A DNA stretch of 64,000 nt, taken from Methanobacteriota archaeon. GTDB taxonomy: Archaea; Thermoplasmatota; Poseidoniia; Poseidoniales; Poseidoniaceae. A program made the translations under genes and the position numbers. Positions 36,207 through 45,299 of this stretch are shown here, piece by piece. Location: positions 85 to 64,084 of the forward strand of contig JAACDG010000164.1 in the NCBI GenBank assembly GCA_009937025.1. The letters are read 5' to 3'. Position 1 is the stretch's first letter. Each line of letters starts with the position of its first letter. The notes under the pieces are model-generated. The model ran no database searches. It was not told where the DNA came from and was given only the letters and a program-made list of their open reading frames with translations.

Positions 36207-38627
36207 ATGTCTGGAGGATACCGTCAACAACCCGGGGGTTCTGGCCCCACGACCCGTAAAGACGGTAAGCGCGTAGCAGGAAAGCAAGCATTCCCTCCAC
36301 CTGGCTCTGGAGGCTCCAAGCCAAAGATGGCCACTCGAGACCTTGATTTTATCCCTGAATCGGTCGGTGGAAAAGAACCACAACCTGCCGGCTCCCACAT
36401 CCACGACCGAGTTCGAACAGGAACCAGTGTCGGAAAAGAAATGCCTTTGGTTGATTCAAATGCTAAAGTGACTGGTCAAGCATGGTATGGAGATGATGTA
36501 CGATTGCCCAATGAAGTGATTGGCAAGATACTTCGTTCCCCTCACCATTATGCCAGAATTAAATCAATTGACACAACACGTGTCGAAGCCCTTCCTGGTG
36601 TGCTGGCAGTTGCCACAGGTGCTGACTCTCCTCACCGTTTTGGTGTCCTTCCTGTGACCAAAGACGAACACGCAATGGCAGTCGAGAAAGTTCGGCATGT
36701 TGGCGATTTAGTGGCATGTGTTGCTGCAATTGATGAATCAACCGCACTTGAGGCACTCAATTTATTCGATATTGAATGGGAAATCCTAGAACCGGTATTC
36801 GACCCGAAAAAGGGACTTGAAGATGCTGATGAACCGATTCATTGGCGAGGAAAGTATCATTTGGCAAAAACCAATGTGCAAAAGCGAGTCTTTCAAGAAT
36901 TTGGCGACCGCTCTTTGGTCGAAAAACCTCATGCTGAGTCCCATGGAAAATGGAAAATGGCAGGCGTCCATCATGGTTTCACTGAACCACATGCTGTTGT
37001 GGCTCACTGGGACCCAAACGGCCGATTACAACTTTACACGCCTCAGCAAGTTCCGCATTATACTCACCGAGCCCTTTCGACAGTTCTCGATGTTCCAATG
37101 CATCAAATCAACGTTATTCGAACATTTGTTGGCGGGGGTTTTGGTGGAAAATCAGATCCGTTCCCACATGAAATGTGTGCAGCGATTTTGTCGCGTAAAT
37201 CCGGACGCCCAGTCCGCATCACCTTCGACCGAGAAGAAGTCTACTGGATTAACCGAGGACGGCATCCAAGCCATATCGAAGTCAAGATGACTGCAGATGA
37301 AGATGCTCGAATTTCTGGTTTTGATATCGATGCACTCATCGATGGAGGCGGTTTTGCATCTTTTGGACACGTCACTTCGTATTACAATGGAGTCTTAGCA
37401 ACTGCACCGTATGAATTGGGTTCATTCCATTATACAGGTGCAAGAGTTTGGACAAACAAACCCGCTTCAGGTGCCATGCGTGGACACGGAGCCGTCAATA
37501 CCCGATGTGCTGTTGAAGTCGGTTTGGATGAAATGGCAGAAACAATGCAAGTTGACCCAATCGATTTGCGTTTAGCGAACCTCCTTCCACCACACAGTCG
37601 AACAATCAGTGGTTTTCGAATTACTTCAAACGGTATGCGTGAAGCTCTGGAAAAGGTACGAACAGGTTCAAATTGGGATGAAAAATTCCGTAAGTTGCCG
37701 CTGGGCAAGGGCATTGGTATCGGTTGTGGCTTCTTCATATCGGGTTCAGGTTTGCCGATTCATTGGGACCCTAACCGATTCCCGCATGCAACCGTCCACA
37801 TGCAAGTTGACATGGACGGTGGTGTTACTGTTCACACTGGAGCAGCCGACATCGGCCAGGGTTCGACTACAGCAGTTGCCCAAGTCGTTTCAGAAGTTCT
37901 CGCCCTTCCAATTGAGATGATTCATGTCCGAAGCCATGAAAGCGACACCTCTCCAGTCGATTTGGGTTCCTATTCCAGCCGAGTCACATTCATGAATGCC
38001 AATGCTGCAATTCGTGCTGCGCTCGAGATACGTGAACAACTGCTCAATGCGGCTTGGGAAATGCTTGGCTATCATCCAAACAATTTAGTTTTGAATGACC
38101 GTAGGATATACTACAAACACGACCCAGCAGTGGGAGTATCATACCTCAAAGCACTACATAAAGCCCAGGAGGACAAGGGTGCATTGATTGCAAGCGGTGC
38201 CTACCGCTCTCCACCAATGGGTGGCGTTCACAAGGGTGCTGCTGCCGGTTTGGCACCAGCGTATTCCTTTTCGGCCTATGTTGCTGAAGTCGACGTCGAT
38301 GTCGAAACTGGAATAATTCGTTGTACCAATGTATGGGCCGCTCACGATTGTGGAAAAGCACTCAATCCATTAGCCGTGAAAGGTCAAATCATTGGTTCTT
38401 GCCATATGGGATTGGGCCAAGTACTTTCGGAACAGATGGTCTATGGTCGAACAGGTCATTTGCAAAACGCCAACCTTCTCGATTACAAAATCCCCTCCGT
38501 CCATGAAATGCCTCATGTTGAACCCATCATCATCGAATCGTGCGACCCAGAAGGGCCATTCGGGGCGAAAGAGGCTGGAGAAGGCCCCTTACTTCCAATT
38601 CTACCTGCTGTTGTCAACGCAGTATAG
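36207..38627 (+). CDS. coxL: Xanthine-dehydrogenase-family molybdopterin-binding large subunit (CoxL-like), terminated by an in-frame TAG about 25 codons before the canonical C-terminus
   Basis: N-terminus ...RSPHHYARIKSIDTTRVEALPGVLAVATG. Overall ~800-aa Mo-binding architecture. No AYRCSFR (form I CODH) loop seen. Ends GEGPLLPILPAVVNAV-TAG; the family consensus ...NA[IV][FY]DA[TI]G.R...LP.TP continues in-frame after the TAG. Confidence 0.85.
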   Translation: MSGGYRQQPGGSGPTTRKDGKRVAGKQAFPPPGSGGSKPKMATRDLDFIPESVGGKEPQPAGSHIHDRVRTGTSVGKEMPLVDSNAKVTGQAWYGDDVRLPNEVIGKILRSPHHYARIKSIDTTRVEALPGVLAVATGADSPHRFGVLPVTKDEHAMAVEKVRHVGDLVACVAAIDESTALEALNLFDIEWEILEPVFDPKKGLEDADEPIHWRGKYHLAKTNVQKRVFQEFGDRSLVEKPHAESHGKWKMAGVHHGFTEPHAVVAHWDPNGRLQLYTPQQVPHYTHRALSTVLDVPMHQINVIRTFVGGGFGGKSDPFPHEMCAAILSRKSGRPVRITFDREEVYWINRGRHPSHIEVKMTADEDARISGFDIDALIDGGGFASFGHVTSYYNGVLATAPYELGSFHYTGARVWTNKPASGAMRGHGAVNTRCAVEVGLDEMAETMQVDPIDLRLANLLPPHSRTISGFRITSNGMREALEKVRTGSNWDEKFRKLPLGKGIGIGCGFFISGSGLPIHWDPNRFPHATVHMQVDMDGGVTVHTGAADIGQGSTTAVAQVVSEVLALPIEMIHVRSHESDTSPVDLGSYSSRVTFMNANAAIRAALEIREQLLNAAWEMLGYHPNNLVLNDRRIYYKHDPAVGVSYLKALHKAQEDKGALIASGAYRSPPMGGVHKGAAAGLAPAYSFSAYVAEVDVDVETGIIRCTNVWAAHDCGKALNPLAVKGQIIGSCHMGLGQVLSEQMVYGRTGHLQNANLLDYKIPSVHEMPHVEPIIIESCDPEGPFGAKEAGEGPLLPILPAVVNAV

Positions 38628-39011
38628 GATGCGATTGGAATCCGTTTGCGAAGCCTCCCTCTTACACCTGATGTGGTTTTCAAAGGTATTGAAAAAGCCC
38701 TCAAGGCTTCAGAATTTGATGATCCAACCGATTTGCCTTCACCAACGCTCTCCTTTAGTTCAATGCAACCAAAATTGGTTGCCCGAGCACAAGAACATAA
38801 AATTCGGGACAAAGCACGTCAACGAACCGAAGATACAAGTCCCTATGTCAATGGAGTTTTGTTTGGGTTTGACCCAACGATTCCATTGGAAGACCAAGTC
38901 GAAGGTTGGCGTACTGCTACTGAACCCGACCCTGAACAACTCGCAGAACTCGGACTTGCAGGCCGTGCTTGGTTGAAGAAAGAACAACGCCAGATGGATG
39001 GTGAGAATTGA
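38628..39011 (+). other. In-frame continuation after the TAG: canonical large-subunit C-terminus (DAIGIRLRSLPLTPDVVFKGIEKAL) plus a ~100-aa unusual extension. Stop TGA overlaps coxM ATG (TGATG)
   Basis: Same reading frame as coxL, since (38628-36207) is divisible by 3. No ATG until 38763. The ORF track calls it only from a TTG at 38646. Ends at 39011, overlapping the coxM start by 1 nt. Confidence 0.6.
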
Positions 39012-39985
39012 TGTTAATGCCACCGTTTACACTTCATAATCCGACGACGGTCGAAGAAGCATGCACTCTTGCAGGTGCATTGCTCGAAAAAGGCGAAACA
39101 TTCGATTGGGTTGCTGGAGGCACAGACCTTCTTCCAAATTACAAATGGCACCTCAATCCAAAACCGCATGTGATTTCACTCGCTCGTATCGAAGGCGTTG
39201 ACACGCTTTCCCTCCATGAGATTGGTTGTATGGCGAGACTTTGTGATCTGACGGTCGAAAATGGCATTCACCCCTTGATTGTCGAAGCGGCAGGAAAAGT
39301 TGCCTCTACCTTGATTCGACGCAACGCAACACTTGGTGGCAATCTTTGTCTCGATACTCGATGTTTCTGGTATAACCAAGGCGAAGATTGGCGCCGCTCT
39401 ATCGACTGGTGCCACAAAGCAGACTGTGGGACTGGAGCTGATTGCCGGGTCATTCCAAATCAAAACACATTATGTGTTGCAACCTACCAAGGAGATATTG
39501 CTCCAACATTGATGGTACTCGATGCCGAGGTCCATCTCATCGGGCCCAATGGATTGCGAGTCATTCCACTTACAGAATTCTATCAACTTGATGGAATGAA
39601 GAAAAACGTCCTTGAAGAAGGCGAGTTTTTACTCAAAGTTACGCTCTCAAAAGAAGCGGCAGGTCGTTCAGGTTCATACCAAAAGTTGCGTGTTCGCGAC
39701 TCATGGGATTTCCCTGAAGCAGGCGTTGCAGCATCTTGGATTCCAGGGGATGTATCTTCCCTTCAAATTGCAACAACAGCAGTTGAATCGATCCCTCGCT
39801 GCCATCCAGAAGAAGTATCGGCTGTACTCGGGGATGGCTGGGACGGAATGAAATCGGTCAAAGCACTTGCAGCAGGCGTTCGAAAGAGCGTTCAACCCGT
39901 GAACAACACTTCATTACCTCCACGCTACCGTAAATCGATGGTACGGGTTTTGACCAAGAGAGCGGTCGAGAAAATGATTGATTGA
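39011..39985 (+). CDS. coxM: Molybdenum hydroxylase FAD-binding subunit (CoxM-like)
   Basis: FDWVAGGTDLLP FAD motif. CO-dehydrogenase flavoprotein fold, 324 aa. Confidence 0.85.
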   Translation: MLMPPFTLHNPTTVEEACTLAGALLEKGETFDWVAGGTDLLPNYKWHLNPKPHVISLARIEGVDTLSLHEIGCMARLCDLTVENGIHPLIVEAAGKVASTLIRRNATLGGNLCLDTRCFWYNQGEDWRRSIDWCHKADCGTGADCRVIPNQNTLCVATYQGDIAPTLMVLDAEVHLIGPNGLRVIPLTEFYQLDGMKKNVLEEGEFLLKVTLSKEAAGRSGSYQKLRVRDSWDFPEAGVAASWIPGDVSSLQIATTAVESIPRCHPEEVSAVLGDGWDGMKSVKALAAGVRKSVQPVNNTSLPPRYRKSMVRVLTKRAVEKMID

Positions 39986-39994
39986 AGTGATACA

Positions 39995-40969
39995 ATGAAA
40001 AGAACTCCACTGGCTTTATTGATGACTGTCCTTTTCAGTCTCTCTGCTTTGAGCAGTATGCCTGCTCATGCCCAAAGCCCGATTGATGGGCCATCATGGA
40101 CTCTAGGGTGGGCGACCGATATGGATTCAACATACCTCATTGAGATGGACATTGATTGGGATGCAGATGGAGAAATCGTTGCATATGTCGAAAATAACCG
40201 AATGACACAACTTGAACTTGATTTGACCTATGAGTTCGACAGTTGGGTTCCGTTTTCATTCAGTGGCCCCGACACGTTTTCAGTTGCTGCCAATGGCAAT
40301 GAAACATTTTCCATCACCTTTTCTTCAATTAATGATGACGATGCTCGAGAATACAGCCCAGATAACACTTCGAAATTGACGATTACGGCAGATGAAAAAG
40401 TTGGAGACACTTCTGCGAGCACTCAAGAACTTGAAGGAGATGTGAGTGTACCACGTATTTTCGATTTACGTCCAGAAGTCACCTTGCCCGACGAATCGTT
40501 GCATGCAGGTTCATGGATTGAACTTTCAGCCCAACTCGTCAACAGCGGGAATGCTCGTGATGCAGTGAAACAAGCGTCTGTGCAATTCCGCAGTTGCCCT
40601 CATTTGACCATGCCAGGTCTGGAAGACCTTGCAAATACTTTGGTCGATACCACCGGTGCTCAAAGTGGAAAAGATACCTTTGTCGCTCTCCGTCTTGAAG
40701 CCTCGGAAAGTCAACCAAACCGCGTCTGCGAAGCTACCTTATCGTTCACTTCAGAAGGCGATGATGCATCCCGTAGCACGACCTTTGAAATTGAAGTCAT
40801 GGCTGTTGAAAATATTGATGACAATCCGCCCCCCTCAAATCCAGATAATCCGGATGATGGAGATAGCCTTTCACAGGAATCCAACACTTTGCCTTGGATT
40901 GGCGGTGTTGAACTTGTTATGGCGTTGAGTTTTGCGGCTCTTGGCAGAAGCATGAAACAAAAGAACTGA
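39995..40969 (+). CDS. Secreted acidic protein with signal peptide and C-terminal TM anchor (hypothetical)
   Basis: Signal MKRTPLALLMTVLFSLSALSSMPAHA. C-terminus TLPWIGGVELVMALSFAALGRSMKQKN. Confidence 0.5.
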   Translation: MKRTPLALLMTVLFSLSALSSMPAHAQSPIDGPSWTLGWATDMDSTYLIEMDIDWDADGEIVAYVENNRMTQLELDLTYEFDSWVPFSFSGPDTFSVAANGNETFSITFSSINDDDAREYSPDNTSKLTITADEKVGDTSASTQELEGDVSVPRIFDLRPEVTLPDESLHAGSWIELSAQLVNSGNARDAVKQASVQFRSCPHLTMPGLEDLANTLVDTTGAQSGKDTFVALRLEASESQPNRVCEATLSFTSEGDDASRSTTFEIEVMAVENIDDNPPPSNPDNPDDGDSLSQESNTLPWIGGVELVMALSFAALGRSMKQKN

Positions 40970-41120
40970 ATAGTGCTTTTTTGATATTTTTCGGGGCATT
41001 TGCCACCTATTTTTGACTTGTATTCGTTTTGTAATAAATTGTTTTCCACCCCATATTAACCTGTGGCTTCAAATCATGCATGAACAAGCATTAAGTGTGG
41101 AGCGAGGTTCCGACGGTTGT

Positions 41121-41158
41121 TTATACTGTTCAAGAGTACCGCAAGCGCACAAGGAGGG
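41121..41158 (+). promoter_or_regulatory. Putative archaeal promoter (TATA-like tttata) plus strong SD (aggaggga) upstream of the MoxR-module first gene
   Basis: AT-rich intergenic 40970-41164. tttatactg lies ~40 nt upstream of the ATG at 41165, and ggaggg lies 7 nt upstream. Confidence 0.35.
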
Positions 41159-41164
41159 AGAAAA

Positions 41165-42745
41165 ATGACAGACACTGAATCAACAAAAATCTCCATCGAA
41201 ACTTGGCTTAAAGTTGGTCTTGTGTCCTCGCTTTTCCTTTCTGTTGTCGTCATCAGTATTGTGAGCTGGGATAAGACCACAGTGCTTTCACCTTACAACA
41301 ATGCAGCAGATGAATATTCTATGCAACAATTGACTGAAATGCGCAATGTAATCGAGTCCGATGATTTCAGTATTGCCAACACCATGTCAACACCGATGTT
41401 GGTCAACGATTGGAACGACCCTCACCGAACCATGCTTATCATTGCTGGACCTGAAAAACCATTTGATGCTGCTGAAGCCTCTGCCCTCCACGACTTTGTT
41501 ACCAAAAAGGGTGGAAAAGTCATTCTTGCAGCAAGTTCGACCAACGCTCAACTTGTCGCCACTGAATTCGGTGTCAAGTATTTCGATGCACCAGTGTATG
41601 ATGACCAGCGATTCTACGAAGTTGAAGACGACTTGGGTGTTCTCCAACCTGCTGATTATCGACGTCTTTGGTCTGCAGCCAGTATCAATCAAAACATCAG
41701 CGAAATGGGTGATGAAAGATTAATTCCTTGTTCTCAAGCCAACATTGCACTCGCTCAAGTCGACAATTGCCGAATGCCTGTTCTTTTCCACCGCCCTACC
41801 GCAATTCAAGTTCTCGATGAACAAACTGAATCAGAACGTGAAATCAGTATTCTTGCAGCAGCATCAACTTCAACACGTGTTGCAAAATTCCCAGACAACA
41901 TCGACAGTGAACTAAACCCAACACTTGGTGAAGGAATGACTGGACTCATCATCCGAATCGATTACCCAGTTAGTGATGTTCTCGATGTCAAACCGAACAA
42001 TGACTACGGCAAAATCGATGTTACGGGTTCCATTGTTTTCGTTTCAGATCACTCGGTTCTCGCCAATCATCTTTGGGATGCTGACTTAGCCGAAGAACAA
42101 GGGTATTTGCAGTGCACCTCTCCAGCCTATGTGGAAAACGGGCACAATTGCTGGGATACTGACCCCGATGGTCTCTCATCTGCTCAAGGCGACACCTCTT
42201 GGAATGGAAACAGCCAATATTTCTCTGCTTTGATTTATGACATGATGGAATTTGATAATCCTGAATTATCAACAACAATCACTCGTTCCCCATCTGAATT
42301 TTATGTTGTCTTTGACGAGAGCCGTCATATTTCGAGTGCTCTTACCTCTCCATTCACAGAGGCTATGGGCGCTATTGTGTTGCTGACCAGTGATGTTGTG
42401 CTCAAGTGGCTTATTATTCTCAATTTGTTTGCTTTGCTTGCAATTGCCATCATGGTTGTTCCTGAAAAAGAAAACTGGCGCCACGTGTTTGACTTGACTC
42501 GATTTAGAGAACGTCCAACAAAATTAGACCCATCTCAATACCAACTTCGTACCCGAGAGGCACTTCTCTCGAAGGTGCGACAGTTCAATGACTTAACGCG
42601 TGATGAATTCATGCGTAAATCCCCTGCGGAGATCATGCAAATGGTCCGTGATCCGCGCTTGGTCGAGCTCATCAGCTCAACCCGTTCCTACTCCAACGAA
42701 GAACTGCGGGACATAATTCCGCAAATACGACGTTGGGGAAATTGA
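41165..42745 (+). CDS. Membrane-anchored (N- and C-terminal TM) extracytoplasmic protein, DUF4350-like, first gene of MoxR module
   Basis: Start moved to the Met after the SD (MTDTESTKIS...). MLIIAGPEKPFDAAEASALHDFVTKKGGKVILAASS resembles the GldG/DUF4350 family. C-terminal TM plus basic tail. Confidence 0.5.
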   Translation: MTDTESTKISIETWLKVGLVSSLFLSVVVISIVSWDKTTVLSPYNNAADEYSMQQLTEMRNVIESDDFSIANTMSTPMLVNDWNDPHRTMLIIAGPEKPFDAAEASALHDFVTKKGGKVILAASSTNAQLVATEFGVKYFDAPVYDDQRFYEVEDDLGVLQPADYRRLWSAASINQNISEMGDERLIPCSQANIALAQVDNCRMPVLFHRPTAIQVLDEQTESEREISILAAASTSTRVAKFPDNIDSELNPTLGEGMTGLIIRIDYPVSDVLDVKPNNDYGKIDVTGSIVFVSDHSVLANHLWDADLAEEQGYLQCTSPAYVENGHNCWDTDPDGLSSAQGDTSWNGNSQYFSALIYDMMEFDNPELSTTITRSPSEFYVVFDESRHISSALTSPFTEAMGAIVLLTSDVVLKWLIILNLFALLAIAIMVVPEKENWRHVFDLTRFRERPTKLDPSQYQLRTREALLSKVRQFNDLTRDEFMRKSPAEIMQMVRDPRLVELISSTRSYSNEELRDIIPQIRRWGN

Positions 42746-42764
42746 TAATTGGAGGAAAATAGAC

Positions 42765-43943
42765 ATGCAACCCCCCGCACCACCAGCAGCCCCGCCCGCG
42801 CCAGCGCCAGCAGCTCCTGTGGCCCCAGCAGCACCTGCAATGCCTGCACCAGCAGCGCCAATGCCTGCGGCACCTATGCCAGCAGCACCAGCGCCTATGC
42901 CAGCAGCACCAGCAGCACCTGCCCCAGCCCCAGCAGCACCAGCAGCACCGGCCGCTCCGGCCCAGCCGAAGCACCAGACCAGCCCAGAAAACAAAGAGAA
43001 ATTGAAGGCCGTCGGCTCGATTGCAAGCGCAATTAGTGCCGAAGTCCAGAAAGTAATTATCGGTAAAGCACACGTTATCGATAATGTTCTGATCAATATT
43101 CTTTCCAATGGTAACCTTCTGTTCGAAGATTACCCAGGTCTGGCAAAGACATTGATGACCAACACCTTTGCAGATGCACTTGGTTGTGATTTCAAGCGTG
43201 TTCAATTTACGCCTGACTTGCTCCCAGCTGATATCACAGGTACCAACATCTATGACGCAAAGAAAGGTGAATTTACGTTCAAACCAGGACCTCTATTCTG
43301 TAACCTTCTTCTTGCTGACGAGATTAACCGTGCTCCTCCAAAGACTCAAGCAGCTTTGCTTGAGGCTATGCAAGAGAAGCAAGTTACCATTGGTACTGTT
43401 ACGCACAAGCTTCCAGCACCGTTCATTGTTATGGCAACTCAAAACCCTGTCGAACAAGAAGGTACTTACCCACTTCCAGAAGCACAACTTGACCGTTTCA
43501 TGTTCAAGATGTCCGTCGGATATCCAGACCGCGCTGATGAAGACGAGATTCTTGCTCGTCGTATCGCCCGTGGAAAGGATGCAGTCGAAGTCGAAGTCAT
43601 CACTCATCCTGAGATGGTGATTAACATGCAACAAGCATGTGAATTCGTTTACGTCGACCCTGCTCTCCGAATGTATATGGTTGAAGTTGTTTCCCGAACC
43701 CGTGAAGATCCACGTGTTTTGGTCGGCGCTTCTCCTCGTGGTTCCCAAGCATTGCTCAAGACCTCCCGTGCTGCAGCAGCACTTCGAGGCCGAGACTTCG
43801 TCACCCCTGATGATATCAAAGCAATCGCTGAACTCGCACTTGCACACCGAATTATTCTCAAGCCTGAGCATCAAATCAAAGGCCTTGAGTCTGGTGAAGT
43901 GATTCAAGCTATTCTACGAGAAGTCCCAGTCCCTACAGTTTGA
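42765..43943 (+). CDS. moxR: MoxR-family AAA+ ATPase with ~75-aa N-terminal Pro/Ala/Met-rich low-complexity extension
   Basis: Walker A variant EDYPGLAKT, Walker B LLADEINRAPPKTQAALLEAMQE, and sensor/arginine-finger regions. N-terminus MQPPAPPAAPPAPAPAAPVAPAAPAMPAPAAPMPAAPMPAAPAPMPAAPAAPAPAPAAPAAPAAPAQP. Confidence 0.9.
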   Translation: MQPPAPPAAPPAPAPAAPVAPAAPAMPAPAAPMPAAPMPAAPAPMPAAPAAPAPAPAAPAAPAAPAQPKHQTSPENKEKLKAVGSIASAISAEVQKVIIGKAHVIDNVLINILSNGNLLFEDYPGLAKTLMTNTFADALGCDFKRVQFTPDLLPADITGTNIYDAKKGEFTFKPGPLFCNLLLADEINRAPPKTQAALLEAMQEKQVTIGTVTHKLPAPFIVMATQNPVEQEGTYPLPEAQLDRFMFKMSVGYPDRADEDEILARRIARGKDAVEVEVITHPEMVINMQQACEFVYVDPALRMYMVEVVSRTREDPRVLVGASPRGSQALLKTSRAAAALRGRDFVTPDDIKAIAELALAHRIILKPEHQIKGLESGEVIQAILREVPVPTV

Positions 43944-43967
43944 TTGTAGTACTGAACTTATTTTGAG

Positions 43968-45290
43968 GTGAGAATGATGTGGAGTCGTAAATCTGCTATG
44001 TTAGGAAGTTTGGCTATTGCCATGTATTTGCTTGGTTTGACCTTGCGAAATTCCCAACTTGTCACGATTGCGGTTGTCATCTTCGTTTTCCTAACTTGGG
44101 CTGCCTTGTTTGGCGGCCATGCTGACGTTGCCGCTACCGGCCGTCGAGCAGACGAGTGGTCTGGAGAAGAAGGTGCAGCACTGAACAGTGTAAGCGCAAT
44201 GCGTAAATTGTCCAGTGCCCGTATTTTTGAAGACGGAGAACTCAACATCACCTTGAGGATGCAAAACCATTCCTCTCTTGCCAAAATACTTGAAGTGCGA
44301 GACCGAGTTCCAGAAGTAATGCGCATCAAAGATGGTGCGAATTACATTTTGATGGAATTAGGTCCGCGCCGTGAAACATTCATCGAATACACTGTTGAAT
44401 GTCCACTTCGAGGTTTCTATAGTGTTGGTCCTGTGGCTGTCAGGATTCAAGACCCATTCGGATTATTCCACAAGGAAAAAGAATTGCATGTCTACAATGA
44501 TTTCCTTGTGTTCCCGAAAATGGAAGACCTCAAAGAGACGTTCGTCAAATCCCGTGTTCCGAAAATTTTCACTGGTGCGGTCAACATTCGTCAACCTGGT
44601 CCAGGTTCAGAATTTTATTCCCTTCGTGAGTATTTCGAAGGCGATTCATTCCGAGCCATTAACTGGTCTGCGTATGCTCGCTCTGGGAAGTTGATGGTCA
44701 ACGAGCGTGAACGTGATGCAGTTTCTGACATCATTATCATCGTTGACTCACGTTCTGTTGCAGAAACAGGTCCAGTTTCTCGTAATGCATTGGTCTATTC
44801 GACCCGTGCAGCGGCATCCTTGGCAAAATATTTCCTTGGTCGCCGAGACTCCGTCGGTATCATCGTTTACGGTGATGAAGTCGTTAGTGTTGACCGAGAT
44901 ACAGGGAAGAAGCAACTCTATGTCATCTTAACCAAACTTGCTGGTGCTGTTGCAAGAGGGAACATCCCACTTCAAGTGGTTGTCAACCGTATTTTGCCGC
45001 ACATCAACAAGGGTAGTCCGATTATATTCTTGTCCAATCTTGAAGATGATCCAACAATTGTCAACGCTCTGCGTGATTTCCGTGCTCGAAACTTCGATGT
45101 TACGGTTCTCACCCCCTCGTCGCTTGAGTTTGAATTCGATGCACGTCGCATTGACCGAACCGGCTACGAAGTCATGAAGACCGAGCGAGATGTTCTCATC
45201 AGCGAACTTCGTGGACTTGGTGTCAATATTATGGATTGGGAGCCAGATATGCTGCTCTCAACAGCACTTGCAGGCGCAAGAGGATTCTGA
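43968..45290 (+). CDS. DUF58-domain protein (vWA-like, MoxR partner)
   Basis: RQPGPGSEFYSLREYFEGDSFRAINWSAYARSGKLMVNERE is the DUF58 signature. Two N-terminal TM helices. Confidence 0.8.
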   Translation: MRMMWSRKSAMLGSLAIAMYLLGLTLRNSQLVTIAVVIFVFLTWAALFGGHADVAATGRRADEWSGEEGAALNSVSAMRKLSSARIFEDGELNITLRMQNHSSLAKILEVRDRVPEVMRIKDGANYILMELGPRRETFIEYTVECPLRGFYSVGPVAVRIQDPFGLFHKEKELHVYNDFLVFPKMEDLKETFVKSRVPKIFTGAVNIRQPGPGSEFYSLREYFEGDSFRAINWSAYARSGKLMVNERERDAVSDIIIIVDSRSVAETGPVSRNALVYSTRAAASLAKYFLGRRDSVGIIVYGDEVVSVDRDTGKKQLYVILTKLAGAVARGNIPLQVVVNRILPHINKGSPIIFLSNLEDDPTIVNALRDFRARNFDVTVLTPSSLEFEFDARRIDRTGYEVMKTERDVLISELRGLGVNIMDWEPDMLLSTALAGARGF

Positions 45291-45299
45291 GGTGAGAAA

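Noticed and set aside
38625-38627. Pyrrolysine (UAG) coding in coxL
   Set aside because: There is no pylT/pylS-like sequence in the window. TAG is used as a normal stop (ribB), and the position aligns with Tyr/Phe, not Lys. Kept only as a read-through or mutation question.
36207-38627. Calling the large subunit a bona fide form I aerobic CO dehydrogenase
   Set aside because: No AYRCSFR active-site loop was found. The only AYR (ASGAYRSP) is at the wrong position, so only family-level assignment is justified.
38392-38976. 194-aa +1-frame ORF overlapping the coxL 3' end
   Set aside because: It is an alternative frame inside a region whose in-frame reading matches the conserved Mo-hydroxylase C-terminus.
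42672-43205. Large ORFs on the minus strand (177 aa and 143 aa) and plus strand (95 aa) across the MoxR 5' end
   Set aside because: These are artefacts of the GC-rich (CCAGCAGCACC)n repeat, which is open in all frames. The Cys/Trp/Arg-rich translations are implausible, and the moxR frame has the AAA+ motifs.
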